Part shown: positions 1 through 13,422 of the stretch, one piece after another | Numbering within the stretch: position 1 is the first letter of the stretch | Layout: the number at the start of each line of letters is the position of its first letter | Origin: Protoeuglena noctilucae | Lineage: Eukaryota | Reading direction: 5' to 3' | Assembly: GCA_958009085.1 (NCBI GenBank) | Contig: OY253670.1 | Span: 1-64,000, forward strand | Length of the DNA: 64,000 nt | Notes under the pieces: model-generated | Told to the model about the DNA's origin: nothing | Database searches by the model: none | The model's input: only the letters and a program-made list of their open reading frames with translations | Program-made: the position numbers and the translations under genes

Positions 1-246
1 CCCTAACCCTAACCCTAACCCTAACCCTAACCCTAACCCTAACCCTAACCCTAACCCTAACCCTAACCCTAACCCTAACCCTAACCCTAACCCTAACCCT
101 AACCCTAACCCTAACCCTAACCCTAACCCTAACCCTAACCAAAACCCTACCCCTAAAAAACCTAAAAACCTAACCTGACCTAACCCTAACCTGACCTGCC
201 AGACCCTAACTAACCCTACCTGACCTACCTAACCCTAACCCTAACC
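1..246 (+). repeat. Telomeric repeat tract (CCCTAA)n
   Basis: 23 perfect CCCTAA units at 1-138, then degenerate variants (CCCTAC, CCTGA, CCTAAAAA) to ~246. The C-rich strand at the window start is the expected orientation for a left chromosome end. Confidence 0.97.
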
Positions 247-678
247 AGATCATCCACACCATCGAGTTCGTCCTGGGAGCCATCTCCAACACGGGTGAGG
301 GGCGCATGCGGAGGTGCAACGGCGCAGGGCGTGGCGGAGGCGTCCCGCCCACCTGGCGCTCACCTCTTCCCTCCCCCTCTCGTCCCCGCAGCCTCGTACC
401 TGCGTCTGTGGGCGCTGTCGCTGGCGCACTCGCAGCTGTCGGCCGTCTTCTACGAGCGCGTGCTGCTGCTGGGCCTGCAGGGGCGCTCCCCCTTCATCCA
501 GATGATGGGCGCCTTCGCCTGGTGGTGCGCCACGCTCGGCGTCCTCATGGTCATGGAGACCCTCTCGGCCTTCCTCCACGCGCTGCGCCTCCACTGGGTG
601 GAGTTCCAGAACAAGTTCTACCACGGGGACGGGCACCCCTTCGTGCCTTTCCGACTGGAGGACACGGACGCGCTGTGA
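246..678 (+). pseudogene. VHA-a: V-type ATPase V0 subunit a, C-terminal fragment only (5' part absent, abuts telomere)
   Basis: Exon 246-294 [20 protein letters not shown] intron 295-391, exon 392-678 [17 protein letters not shown]...[27 protein letters not shown], stop TGA. These are hallmark subunit-a motifs. No start codon or N-terminal region is present. Confidence 0.93.
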
Positions 679-876
679 TGGACGTGGCCAACACCGAGGG
701 GATGGGTGCCGTAGCGATGCGCTGCGGCTGACAGCGAGGCACGCGCCAAGCAAGCATTAGGCGGGCATCATGGGACGCCGTGACTTGCATCTGAGGTTCA
801 AGCGACCCCAGCATCAGCAAAACAAAGGCGACACCTAGCCACGCTCACGCCACGTCACACCGACGCGCCTGCCGCG

Positions 877-3811
877 TCACTTGCGCCGCCGCGTCCGCCC
901 CGCCCCCTCTCCCGCCGTGGCCTGGACTCCCGGTGCGGTGCTGAAGGGCTCTGAGGGGCCCGCCGCGCCGCCGGGCCAGGGACTCGATGCGCTGCAGAGA
1001 TGGCAGGGGTGGGACGGGGATGGGATGAAAGAAGGGGTACCTTCAACGCTCACCACCTGCCGGTCCTGCCCCGCTGCGCCCCTCGCCTGCCCCCGCCGCT
1101 CTTCCTCCCCCTCCCCACCCTCCTCCTCCCCCCTCTCTTCTCCGACGCACGCCCCTCCGCCCCCGCTGGCTCCATGCCCCGCCCCTCGTGCACGTCCTGC
1201 CCCACCCCCACCTCCCGCCCCTCCTGCTTCACCTCCACCTCCCCATCCCCCTCCTCCGCTCCCCGCCATCCCCCCCCCACGCGCCCCCCCGGCTGCGGCA
1301 CGGACAGGTCCGGGGTGTCCAGGCCCAGGGCCCCGGGGGACGCCAGCGCCGCGCAGATGGGCGTGGCGGCGGGGCGGAGTGCGCCCCCCGCGGAGGGTGG
1401 CAGGCTGAGGGCGTCGGCAGCCCCAGCAGCAGCGGGGGAGGCGAACTCCTCTGAGGGCAGAAGGCGCCAGGGGGAGAAGAGTGCGGGGCCGGCGTGGCGG
1501 GGGGGTAGCGCCAGGGCCAGGGCGCTGGGGGGCGCCGTGCCGGGGCGGGAGGCCTCCTCCGCGGGCGCCCGGCCGTCCCTGCGCGACCGCGTGCGCACCC
1601 CCGCGGCAGGGGTGGCGTGGTTGCGGGGGGAGGCGGGCGCCGCGCCGTCGGTGGCGTGGGACGGGAGGGCCGCTGCGGGGGACGGGGAGGGCGCGGGGGT
1701 TGCACGGAGGGAGCACGGTGTGTAGCAAGCGGGGCGCGGGTGGGGTGCGATGCGGCCCTCACCGGCCACCACACCCGGCAGCGGCGACAATCGCCCCGCC
1801 CCGATGCGCGAGGGCGGCGTGTCCCCCTGCGCCGCACCCCAGAGGCCCAGGGCTGATGGCGTCGACTGCGGGGGGGATGAGGGCAGAGAGCGCGGCATCA
1901 ATGCCCTGGGCTCTACTCTACCCCGACCCCGTCGCGATGCCTGTGCATTCCATGAGCTCTCCCTGATCGCGATGGGTCGCCTGCCCAGCCCCCTTGCACT
2001 CACCGGGGGGAAGCCCCCGACCGCGCGTGTGGGGGACCCCAGCAGTGCCTCGATCAGCCGACCCTCCGCCACCTCCGGGCCCCGCCCGCGCCCCGACGCC
2101 CCGCCGGCGCCCGCCGTCAGCGCCCGCGCGAGGGCCCCCGCCAGGCTGGGGGACACCGAGGGGGGGCCCAGGGCGCCCGACAGCGCGGCCCGTGCCGCCG
2201 CCGCACGCTCGGCCTTGCTGGGCACCGGGCGCGCGCGGTCCAGGCGGTTGGGGCTGAGGGGCTGCGGGAGGAAGGGGCGGCGCGCGTGAGGGCATGCGCC
2301 GGCGCGGCGAGGCTGGGCCAGGCGGGCGAGGTGGGTCGCAGCTCTCACCTGCAGGGGCGGCAGGCGCGCCCACTGCGGGGCGGCGCCCCCCCTCCCCCCT
2401 GCGTACGTGACGGGCACGCCGTCCTTGAGCAGCGCCGCCGCCGCCAACACGGGGTCCTCCTCCACAGCCGCCCCCAGCCCTCGCAGACCCGCGTGCCCCG
2501 CGCCCCCCCGCTCGGCGTCGCTCCCCAGCTCGGCCCCTCCGCCAACGGTGCGCGGGCCCCGGCCCCGCGAGGCCCGGCGCCCGGAAGCCGCGGCCGGGGA
2601 TGCCAGCGCGGCCCCCGCCGACCCCACTCTCCTCCGCTTGGCCCCCCCGTCCGCCCCGGGCCCCGGCGTCGACGCCCCGCTCCCCGGCCCCTCCGGCGCG
2701 TCCCGCGGGCGCCTCACGATCTGCCGCCGGCTCGACCGCGGCAGGTAGTTGCCCAGGCTCTGCGGATGGGGCGGGGAGGCCGGTGTGCCAGGCCAGCGCG
2801 TGCCGGGTCCCCATTCGGTCGCCCTGTCCCCCGTCCTCGTCCTCGCCTCGAATTCCTCGTCGAACTCCGCGTCCTCGTCCTCCACCGCCAGCCTCGGCAC
2901 CCTCCGCGACCCCCCGCTCCTGCCCCCCGACCGCCGCCCCCCCGCCCCTCCCCGCCCCGCCCCCTCCGCTGCGGGGGACTCCACCTCGGGCACCACGCCG
3001 TCCACCGCCCGGATCTGGAAGAAGCGCGCCCGGCACTGCTGCGCCGTGCGCCCCGCCACCAGCTTGCTGATGCGCGACCACTGGGTGCCGTGCTCCGTGA
3101 AGAGGCGCACCAGGAGGGCGTCCTCGTCGGGGCGCCACGTGTCGCTACAAGGAGGGGAGGGGGCGCGACGTCGGGTCGGAGTGCCACCTGCGGCACCCCG
3201 GCTGCAGCTCTGCGCCCGTGCCCCTCACCGGGAGATGTTGGGGTCCAGGTGCCGCGTCCACCGCCCCATGCACTGCTGGTCGGTGCGGCCCTCGATGTGC
3301 CGGGCGATCTCGGCCCACCGGTTGCCGTGCTCCGCCACCAGCTGCGTCAGGAGGGCGTCCTCCTCCACCGACCACTTCTCCTTCTTGATGTTGGGGTTCA
3401 CCTTGTGGCGCCAACGCTGCGCGCACTGCTGCCCGGTCCTGCGGCGAACGGACACGACCCTGTCCGTCACACGGGCACGGAGAGACGCCGCGGGGCGCCT
3501 TTCGCGCGCGGGGGGCGCCCGTCCCATCGCCACCGCACCTCCCCGGGATGTATTGCGCGACCACGGACCACTTGTTCCCGAACTCCCGTTGATACCGGGC
3601 CAGCTTTTCATCTTCGTCGGGGTCCCACGCTCCCGTCTGCGGCGGAAGGTCGCGCGGCCGCGGTGGGTGAGGCTCGAGTCCGAACGAGGGCCGCCCATGA
3701 CGAGCCACAGCTCGCGCGCGGCGCCTTCGCTGGTATCGGCCTGAGCATCCGCACCTTCATCGGAACACCGTTCACCAACGCATTGGCCTCCGCCGCCCCG
3801 GCTCGCCCCAT
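877..3811 (-). CDS. R1R2R3 (three-repeat) MYB transcription factor
   Basis: Spliced repeats TGAWDPDEDEKL...NKWSVVAQYIPGR/TGQQCAQRW, KEKWSVEEDALL...NRWAEIARHIEGRTDQQCMGRW and DTWRPDEDALL...QWSRISKLVAGRTAQQCRARF, followed by a long low-complexity tail. The 3' exon structure is approximate (last intron ~1056-992 inferred). Confidence 0.9.
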
Positions 3812-4781
3812 GCTCGGTGGAGCGGGCGGTGCGGTGCGTCAGGCGCTGCTGGCCGGGCCTGTGCGCGGCCGCCCTCCTGCAGCGGTGGCAACGAACCTCT
3901 CGACAGCGGTCACCCGGATGCTATCTCGCGCCGCGATGCGGCAGCGGACGGAGCACACTTCAAATTTCCCAGCGCCGATAAAGCGAAACTGAGGCCGTCG
4001 CTATCGGGATGGCGAACAGCGCTGACGGAAATGGCGCTGTAGCGCGCGAGCGCGGGGCTCGGCGACTCGGCGGGCGCGTCAGAGGCTTGCGCCACATTCT
4101 GACAACAAAATTCACGCCCCAGAGGCTGTCCCTGCGCAGCATTCGCTCTCCGTGCATTTCTTCCCGCTAAGAAGCAACTGTGGGACGATCTGACTCGCGT
4201 TGAAGCGGTCTCCACAAGCGCGGGCGGGCATTGGCATCCTGCGGAGGGCGGTAAGAGCCTTTCTTGGGAAGTCAGGATGCGAATGCGCTGGAAGCTGCAT
4301 TTGTTCCGGCACCAACCAGGCACCCTTCCTGGACCGCCTGCCTGCTCTCGGGACCCCTGCAAATCCTTTGCATGTCGCGCACGTACAGTCGGGTCTGCCG
4401 AGGCGGAAAAATCGTTTCCTTTTCTTGCAGTATAATCCTCACCGGGGATCCTTACCCCGATATCTTTCGGCGACTGCGCGCAGCCGGCCTCCGCGCCTCA
4501 AGGCCCGACCGGTCTGGCCCGCAAGTCGCGCGGACGGGCGGAGTCTGGTCGCGGGCGTCTGCGGTCACCCTCGAGGTGTGCGCTGGCGCGACGTATGGCT
4601 TGAGCGATGCGGTCTGTGACAGGCATTGCGGCGCGGGCACCTCGTCCCTGCATGGACGGAGGCGACAGTTCCCAACGTGGCCCTGCCCCCCTGACATGCA
4701 GGCCCCGCCTCCCGCCGCGCGTCGCACGGCCGTCTGTACCGCAGCGCCTGAGGAGGGCGGCCGTGGCGCCGCAGGGTGGCC

Positions 4782-7774
4782 ATGCCGCCCAAGAAGGGGG
4801 ATGCGGGGGCAGGGCTGACGGAGGAGGAGCTCGAGCAGCGGGAGGTGGAGATGCTGCGGGCGGAGGGGCAGCACCAGGAGGTGGAACTGAAGGTGAGAGG
4901 TGGCGGGCGGGGTGGCGGCGCGCGGGCGCGTTGTGGTCGGCGTTCGGCACCCCGGGAGCCCACTCCCTGACCCGCGCAGTTCTTGGACGACGCTATGGGC
5001 AAGCTGCGCACGGACAACGACGACCTGATCGTGGAGTCGAACCGTCTCAAGATCCGCCTGGCCGCGGCCATCTCGGACGCCGAGTACATTTTGCACCACA
5101 AGGAGTCGGAGATTGACCGGAAGCAGATGATGATTGAGCTCAACCAGGAGAAGCACCGCAAGCTGACGGAGGAGCTGGAGGCGCACGAGGAGCTCATCCA
5201 GGAGCTCAAGACGGAGATCCTCCAGAGCCAGAAGGCCCTGCAGGAGGCGGACAACATGATTGAGGAGAAGGCGCAGCTGGACCGGAAGATGCGGGAGTTC
5301 CAGGCCGTGCTGGACAGGCAAGAGGGGTTGCAGTCACACATGAAAGGGCGTCTGTCGTGTGGCTGCCTCGCCATCGGGGGACGGGCGGCGCCCCAGGACT
5401 CACCGCCGCCCCTCCCTCCTCGCCCCCAGGCAGCAGGCCAAGATGGAGGAGAAGCAGAAGCTCATCGAAGACCGCAAGCGCAAGCTGGAGCGCGCCAAGG
5501 TCATCACGGAGGCCCTAGAGGTGCGGGCGGCGTCCCGCGCCGAGACCAAGATTCTGTTCGGGGAGCAGTGGCTCGTGGCCTGCCGGAGGTATCGGGCCGT
5601 GGGGTCGGGCGCCCAGACTTTGGTAAGCGGGAGGGGCGCGTGGCACGCGGGGTGCGGCGGGGAGGGTGCCGGCGGTCTTGTTGCGTGACTGCTCCGTCGG
5701 TCGTCCCCGCAGCCGAGCGACCGGCCGGGGAACGTGTGCGCGGTGATTGGGGGCCGGTACATGCTCCTGCTGGGCGGCAAGCCCGAGCAGCCTGGCAAGG
5801 ACATGCAGGTGGTCAACTGGACGTCCGATCCCCCCCAGTGGGAGAACCCCGAGGCGGGGCCCCTGGCGCCGGCCATGCGGTATGCCATATGGCGGTGCGG
5901 GACGGTCGCGTGCCCCATCAAGGGGTCCTCGCAGATGTTCGTCTTCGGGTGAGGGGCGGTCGGGCATAGCCTGCATATGTGGAAAGCCAGCCCGCACGCG
6001 CGAAGGGACGCGCCCCCGCTTGTCGCCCGCAGAGGCATGGGTCACTCGGACCCGACTGCGGAGGGCAGCGACGAGCAGCCGGGCACCCTGGGGTACACCA
6101 AGCTGGGGGTGCTGCACAACGACATCTGGATGTTCAACCTGCGCTCCTCCAAGCCGTGGGCCAAGCAGACGGCCGTCAAGGGCGACGCCCCCTCCAAGCG
6201 CATGTTCCACTGCGGGGCCGTGGACCGCGACGGCACGCAGGCGAGGGCGCAGCTGGGCGCGGCATGGGCTTCGCCTGGGCGGTCAATGTCTATCTGCACG
6301 CCTAAATGGGGCCAAATGCCTAACCAACTGGGTCACGGTTCCCCGCTCCGCAGATGTTCATCTTCGGTGGCCAGGACTCCAAGTCCCTCCTCAACGACGT
6401 GTGGATCTTCAGCCGCAACACCAACCAGTGGTCGCAGATCCAGGCAGAGACCAGCACGCAGCCATCTCCGCGCGTGGGCGCCAGCATCTGCGTCATGGTA
6501 CGTGGCGGGCGCCGCCCTCGCTGCCATGCCCCCCTGCCCTGTCTGCCCCCCACCGGCTTCCCTCGATGCGCGCAGGAGGACGGACGCCGCCTGCTGCTGT
6601 TCGGGGGCTTCGACGGCACCTCCAGCCTCGACGACGTGTACGTGCTGGAGGTAGACCGCAAGGCCTGGAACCGCGTCAAGATCGTGGGCAGCAAGACGCC
6701 CCGCTCGCGGTACTGCCACTCGGCCACGCTCGTGTCCGGGCGGTATATCTTCGTCGTGGGGGGCACGCACGTCGACGGCGTCGGGGAGGCGCGCACCAAG
6801 GTCCCCCTCCTCGACACGTGGGTGCTGGACATGAACTCGTACTCGTGGGAGCAGCTGCACGACGCCGTGGTGCCGGCGGCACTCAAGCCCGAGTCCACCT
6901 ACGCCGCGCTCGTCATCGCCGAGGGGCAGCACAAGATCGTGACGGGTGCGAGGCGGGCCCGAGGGCGGGGCACGAGCGCTGCGGGGCCGCCTCCCTTGAC
7001 CCGCGCACCCCACCCCCCCCTCCGCAGTCAAGCCCAACGCGGACGAGGTGCTCAACGAGGTGGAAATCGTGGACATCTCGCTGCCCGAGGACATCGAGCG
7101 GCAGAAGCTGCAGGCGCGCAAAGAGAGCGACATCATCGCCACCCTGGAGATCCTCTCGGAGTCGGAGGTGGGGGGTTGCTGGGGGCTTGACTGCGGCAGA
7201 GGGCTGCCCTGCTCTCGCTCTAGACGCCGCTCCTCGTCACTCACCCGCAGCCCGCCTCCTTCTGGGCGTACGACGAGGCGGAGGTGAAGCGGGCCGAGGC
7301 GCGGGGAGCGCAGCCGCAGCCCTTCCTGGCAGGCGCGGTGCTGCTCAAGTGGACGGTGCCGACCAAGAACAACGACCACGTGGTGGGGTACAAGATCATG
7401 ATGACCAACCACCACGGGGTCACCGCGGAGGCCGGCTACGGGCCCGCCGCGGACTTCTACGTCAGCCCCCGCATGGCGCAGGCGAGGGGGGGCGAGGGAG
7501 TGGGTGGGGGTTGAAGCGGGCGACGGGGCCACGCGGGGCTCTCCTCACAGCTGCAGCATCTCCTGGGCATCTCACAGCACGGTTCCCCCGTCTCCGCCCG
7601 CAGCACCTGGTGACGGACCTGGGCACGGGGCAGATGGTGACGCTGGCCGTCAAAGCCATCTACGACGATGGCTCCTTCCTCTGGTCCAACCCACGGGCCT
7701 TCCTCATCCCCTCCAAGGCCAACAAGCGCATCGAGAACGGCGAGCTCAAGGAGCTGGTCGCGTTCGAGGCATGA
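4782..7774 (+). CDS. Coiled-coil plus kelch-repeat protein with C-terminal FN3-like region
   Basis: ATG 4782 (MPPKKG...). Heptad-rich exon 4980-5317, kelch repeats (MFVFGG, MFIFGGQD..LLNDVW, LLLFGGFDG..LDDVY, IFVVGG...LLDTW), and C-terminal LKWTVP...VVGYKI...VTLAVKA. Nine introns reconstruct in frame. Confidence 0.85.
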
Positions 7775-8829
7775 CATGACCTGTGGTGCAGGGCAGTTCC
7801 GTGCCGCATTCTTGAACGGCTTCCTGCATCAACGGGCTCAAAGCTGGCCAAATTGACCGGCAAGCAGGGGATGCCCGCGCCAGCGAAACGTTTCTCCCGC
7901 GATCGTCATCCCCGGCGCGATCCCCCGCGACCGCCAAGAACCTTTGATCGCTGCGCACGCGAGCGATCTTAGGGCCGGGCATTCCTCGCTCGTCGTGAAC
8001 GCACGGGTCTCGTGGAGACCAGGTGATGCGGATGGGGGACTTGCCACCCGCATGCGATGGGTTTCGAGGCGACGTGCTGAGGGCACGCGGGGATCCGCTC
8101 GCTGGCGGGGACTTTCCCTAACGAACCCGCCCATCCCCGCCCCGTCGTTGCGCCCCGCGTCCGCCCCCGCTGCCGTGCGCACGTTCTGGTCCCGCGTTGG
8201 CCGCCTGCGCCCGCCGCGGCGTCGGGGTCCCCGGGAATTGGGCGGGGGCCCTACCGGACACTCCTTGCCCTCGCTTTCCGTCCCCGGCCGCCCCGCGGGC
8301 GCCCGATCCCGCTCCGAGACATCGCTCGCTGCTTACGCTCCCTCTCTGCCGCCCTGGGGGCCGCGGAAGGCGCCAGGCGCCCGGTGCGGCCGTCCCGCGC
8401 AGGGCGCTCCCTGCCCCCGCCCGCGTCGCCTCCCCGCCGGCGCCCGCGCGTTCGTGGGTTCCGCAGCGTTGCACATTCGATCTCCGCTCGCCTCGCCGCC
8501 CCGAGGCGCAGCGCAGGGGGCTGCTTTTTGGTCCCCCTTTCCGGGACGGTGCCGCGCGCAGCTCCCGCGGCATCGCGACCTGCCGGGCCTCCACGCGCTT
8601 CCTCTCGCGCTCATCTCCGCGGCAATCGTGGCCGGGACGGCCGGGATCTCCAGGCGGGCCGTTTCTCGCGCCCGTCCGGGGATCCCGCCCGCGATTGGTG
8701 CCGCTCTCGTTTCCTCCTGGCCGGTGGGCGCATCAGGGCGCCAGCGGAGGCTCAGAGCGCGGCGTGGTCGCCCCCGCAGGGAACCGAGGGCGGGGCTGCG
8801 AGCCAGCGTTCAACGGAGCGGGCGGCACC

Positions 8830-11829
8830 ATGGCGGACGCGGGTCTCCAGATCGTCGGGTGAGTGCCGGCGCGCCTGGGCGCTTCGCCCGGCCCCCGGGC
8901 TCGGCGGTGGGCGTGCGAGGGGGAGGGGAACCCGCAGGACCCAGCGCTGCGCGGTCCGTGCGCCCGCCGCGACGCCGGTGGTCTCCCTGTGCGCGTGCAG
9001 GGCGCCGACGTTCTCGGCGGTGGCGGTGACCTTATTCATCCCCTTCTCGGCGCTGCTGTCCATGGCGTTTGCCGCCTTCCTCTGGTGGCGCGTCTCCCAC
9101 GTGAAGGTCGCCGCGGAGGCGCCCATGACTGGCGAGACGCGTGCGTTGCTCCTTGAGGTGCGTGGCGCGAGGGTCGGCCCGCCGCCGCGGGCGCCGGAGG
9201 CGGGCGCGTCCGGGCAACTGTAACCGTGCCGTCCTTTTTCGCTGCTGACCGCCGCCCGCCCCTCCCCGCGCCCGCAGGAGGCGCAGCGGGACGACCAGGA
9301 GGTCGTCAAGAAGGCCCGGGAGATCCAGGTGGCGATTGAGGAGGGCGCCACGTCCTTCCTGCAGACCGAGTACCGCTACATGGGCATCTTCATGGCCTGC
9401 TTCGCCATCTTCATCTTCCTCTTACTCTCCTCCGAGGACGGGTTCCAGACGAAGGCGAGGGGCGCGCGCGGGCGGGGCGCAGGGGGCCAGGCGCAGGGCG
9501 CAGGGCGCACCCGTCAGCGCCGCTCACGCTGCCCTCCTTCCTCGCCCCCGCAGTGGCACGTGGACCCCGACACGGGCGTCACCACCCCCCCCGCGCTGAT
9601 GAACGGCACCTTCTCGGCCATCGCCTTCCTCCTGGGCGCGGGCACGTCCATCCTGTCCGGCTACATGGGCATGAAGATCGCCACGTACGCCAACGCCCGC
9701 GTGGCCCTCGAGGCCCGCCACGGCGTCGCCGAGGCCTTCATGACCGCCTTCCGCGCCGGCGCCGTCATGGGCTTCGTCCTGGCCGGGGCCGGCATCCTCA
9801 TGCTCTTCGTCGGCATCCTGGTCTTCCACGAGGTCTTCGGCCACAACTACTACGGCGTCTACGAGGCCATCACCGGCTTCGGCCTCGGTGGCTCCTCCAT
9901 CGCCCTCTTCGGCCGCGTGGGCGGCGGCATCTACACCAAGGCCGCCGACGTGGGCGCCGACCTCGTGGGCAAGGTCGAGAACAACATCCCGGAGGACGAC
10001 CCGCGCAACCCGGCCGTCATCGCCGACAACGTGGGCGACAACGTGGGAGACGTCGCCGGCATGGGATCCGACCTCTTCGGCTCCTTCGCCGAGTCGTCCT
10101 GCGCTGCCCTGGTCGTCGCCTCGGGTGCGCATGCGCCTGCTGCGGCGGGGGCTGGCAGGGGCGCGGCGCCTCTCTCGCTCCTCTCGCTCGACACCCCGCC
10201 TCTCCCCTGCCTCCCGCAGTGTCGGCCCTGGGCACCAACAAGGTCTGGGTGGCCATGCAGTACCCGCTGCTGATCTCTGCCGCCGGCGTCTGCGGGTGCA
10301 TCCTCACCACCTTCTTCGCCACCGACATCAAGGTGCGTTGCGCGGGAGAGGCGGCGGCGGCGGGGCCAGCGATTGGGCAGCTGCAGCGGCAGAGGCACAG
10401 GCAGCGGCAGCAGCAGTGGCCCCCGCCCCCGCCCTCCGCAGCCCGCGCGCACCGTGCAGCAGATCGAGCCGACGCTCAAGATGCAGCTGCTCATCTCTAC
10501 GGCCATCCTGACGCCCGTCGTGTACTGGATCTCCGTTGGCGCCCTCCCCGAATCCTTCGAGATCAGCCAGATGGTCAACGGCGTGGCGCAGGCCATGGTG
10601 GTCAAGAACTGGTACATGTTCGTGTGCGTCGCCGCGGGTCTCTGGGGCGGCCTCATCATCGGCGTGCAGACCGAGTACTTCACCTCCAACGCCTACCGCC
10701 CGGTCCAGGCGAGGCGCGGGGGGCTGCAGTGCCGGCTGCCTCCGCTGCCATCCGCCCAGGCTCGCTGACGAGACGACCCCCGCGCCTCTTCCCACCTCCG
10801 CAGGTGGTGGCCGACGCGTGCCGCACGGGCGCCGCCACCAACGTCATCTTCGGCCTGGCGCTGGGGTACAAGTCGGCGGTGCTGCCGTCGGTGGTGCTGG
10901 CGGCCACCATCTACGTGGCCTTCTCCCTGGCGGCCATGTTCGGCATCGCCTGCGCTGCCATCGGCATGCTCACCACGCTGGCCACGGGCCTGGCCATCGA
11001 CGCCTACGGCCCCATCTCCGACAACGCCGGCGGCATTGCCGAGATGGCCGAGATGGGCGCCGACATCCGCGAGCGCACCGACGCGCTGGACGCGGCCGGC
11101 AACACCACGGCCGCCATCGGCAAGGGCTTCGCCATCGGGTCCGCCTCCCTGGTGTCGCTGGCCCTGTTCGGCGCCTTCGTCACGCGCGCCGGCATCAGCT
11201 TCAAGGACGCGTCCATCCTTGACCCGAAGATCTTCCCCGGCCTGCTCGTGGGGGCCATGCTCCCATTCTGGTTCTCGGCCCAGACCATGAAGAGCGTCGG
11301 CAAGGCGGCGCTGGCCATGGTGGAGGAGGTCCGCCACCAGTTCCACACCATCCCGGGCATCATGGAGGGCACGGGGCGGCCCAACTACAGCCACTGCGTC
11401 GAGATCTCCACGCAGGCCTCCCTCCGCGAGATGGTCGGCCCCGGCATCCTCGTCATGGGCACCCCCATCATCGTCGGCACCCTCTTCGGCGTCAAGGCGC
11501 TCGCCGGGCTGCTGGCGGGCTCGCTCGTGTCGGGCGTGCAGCTGGCCGTGAGCATGTCCAACACGGGCGGCGCGTGGGACAACGCGAAGAAGTACATCGA
11601 GGCGGGGGCCACGGAGGCGGCGCGCGCCCTGGGGCCCAAGGGGTCCGAGGCGCACAAGGCGGCCGTCATCGGGGACACGATCGGGGACCCGCTCAAGGAC
11701 ACGTCCGGGCCCTCCCTCAACATCCTCATGAAGCTCATGGCGGTCGAGTCGCTCGTCTTCGCGCCCTTCTTCTCCGCCAACACCCGCGACGGCCTCCTCT
11801 TCACCCTCCTCCACGCCGCGCGCACCTGA
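8830..11829 (+). CDS. AVP1: Vacuolar H+-translocating inorganic pyrophosphatase, K+-dependent type (AVP1-like)
   Basis: [68 protein letters not shown] (Ala at the K+-determinant position), [12 protein letters not shown] and [19 protein letters not shown]. Six introns. Confidence 0.98.
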
Positions 11830-11909
11830 CCTGACCTGCCTGCCTGCCCGCACGTCCAGTCCCCCCTTTGAATCGAGAGCCGCGCCGCTACGATCGCTGC
11901 TATTCGCCG

Positions 11910-13109
11910 CTACGCCGCCGGCACCAGCCCCGGGTGGCGCTCGAAGTAGGCCACGACCTGGTCCGACACGGCCCAGACGATGGCCTGCCCCGGGGGGATG
12001 CGCAGCAGGCGGGGGGAGAGGCCCCGCCACATGGCCCGGAGCCCCTCCTCGCGTGGGATGGTGACGAGGGCGTGCAGGAAGCCCCGGTACTTGGGGGCCG
12101 CCTGCCCCGCCGCGCGCTCCTGGGCCATGAGCCGCGTCTTGACGACGTCGAAGGGGCCGGTGGCCACGGGGCCCACGCAGGCGGCGGAGAAGCCGGACGC
12201 CATGGACTGCCACCACTGCAGCGAGGTGCCGTCGCCCTCGTGCTTGCCCCACAGCACGCGGTCCATCAGGTTCTGCGATCGGCATGGGGGGCGAGTGTGG
12301 GGGTTCTGCGCCGGCGCTCTGCCACCCCTCAACCCCCCCTCCCCCCCCCCCCCGCCGTCGCGGCCCCTCGCCTTGGTGTAGAAGAGGCACATCTGGTTGG
12401 TCCCGTTGCGCATCACGGTGGGCCCGGCCCCCGCCCACAGCCGCAGGACCCCCTCCTCGCGCACGATGGTGGTGGCGCAGTGGACGGGCCCCCGGTACCG
12501 CAGGTTCTCGAGCCCCTTTTGCTGCTGGAGCCGGATCTTGACCACCTCGAACGGCGTCACGATGCACAGGGCCTCGGTCACGCCCGCCGCGAACCCGGCG
12601 GCCAGGCGGCGCGCGTCGGTGAGCCGCCCCTCGGCGTCGCGCAGGGCGTTCTGGTAGATGGCGTTGGTGCCCATGCGCAGGTAGTATTTGAGCGTCAGGT
12701 GCGCGGCGAAGGGCGTGAGGCCCTTCCACAGGGCGCGCGTCCCCTCCTCGGCGGCGATCGTCCTCCCGCAGTGCACGATGCCCCGGTACTTCTGGCCCCC
12801 CTTGTCCAGCTGTAAGCGCGTCTTGATCGTGTCCATGGGCTGCAGGAAGCACGCCTCCATCACGCCGCCGGCCGAGCCTGGAAGGGGGACGGACGGACGG
12901 GGAAGTGCTGAGCGGCAATGGTCCGCCGGGGGGTGCCCGGAGGCGCTGCGTGCGCGGTGCGCGTCTCCGGCATCCTCGCCTCCGATCGCCTTGATCGTCG
13001 GGCTGACGGAAGCGGAGGGCGCGGGCGTGGACTGGGGGGATTCGCGTGGCCGCTCGCCGTCCCGGGTCCCGGGGGGATCGGCGGCGGGAGGGCGCGCGTC
13101 GCCCGCCAT
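11910..13109 (-). CDS. SFC1: Mitochondrial carrier, succinate/fumarate transporter-like
   Basis: Three Px[DE]xx[KR]xRLQ/M signatures (PMDTIKTRLQ, PFEVVKIRLQ, PFDVVKTRLM). WKGLTPFAAHLTLKYYLRMGTNA resembles plant SFC1. Two GC-AG introns. Confidence 0.93.
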   Translation of the reverse strand: MAGDARPPAADPPGTRDGERPRESPQSTPAPSASVSPTIKAIGGEDAGDAHRARSASGHPPADHCRSALPRPSVPLPGSAGGVMEACFLQPMDTIKTRLQLDKGGQKYRGIVHCGRTIAAEEGTRALWKGLTPFAAHLTLKYYLRMGTNAIYQNALRDAEGRLTDARRLAAGFAAGVTEALCIVTPFEVVKIRLQQQKGLENLRYRGPVHCATTIVREEGVLRLWAGAGPTVMRNGTNQMCLFYTKARGRDGGGGGEGGLRGGRAPAQNPHTRPPCRSQNLMDRVLWGKHEGDGTSLQWWQSMASGFSAACVGPVATGPFDVVKTRLMAQERAAGQAAPKYRGFLHALVTIPREEGLRAMWRGLSPRLLRIPPGQAIVWAVSDQVVAYFERHPGLVPAA

Positions 13110-13422
13110 GTCGTCGCGGGTCGGCTCGCGCGTGGACCGGGGTCGCGCGCGGGCGAGTTAGGGCCGAACGTCACAAAAGCCACCCCCCAGCGTTCCGCTG
13201 CGGCAAACGAGCCTTCGCTGCGCGGTCTCGCGTCAAGAGGCGCGGTCGCGGGTCGCGGGTGAACTTCTGGGCGTGCCGCAGCACCCGGGCGGGGCCGTGC
13301 TGGGCCAGGATCGGTGCAGGAAACACTGCAGGAAATGGAGATTCCCAAAGTAGGAGAGTTGCCGGTAAATAAAGTCAAGATTCCTTTGCCGAGGTTAAGG
13401 TGGCGTATGGACCACTTCTGGC

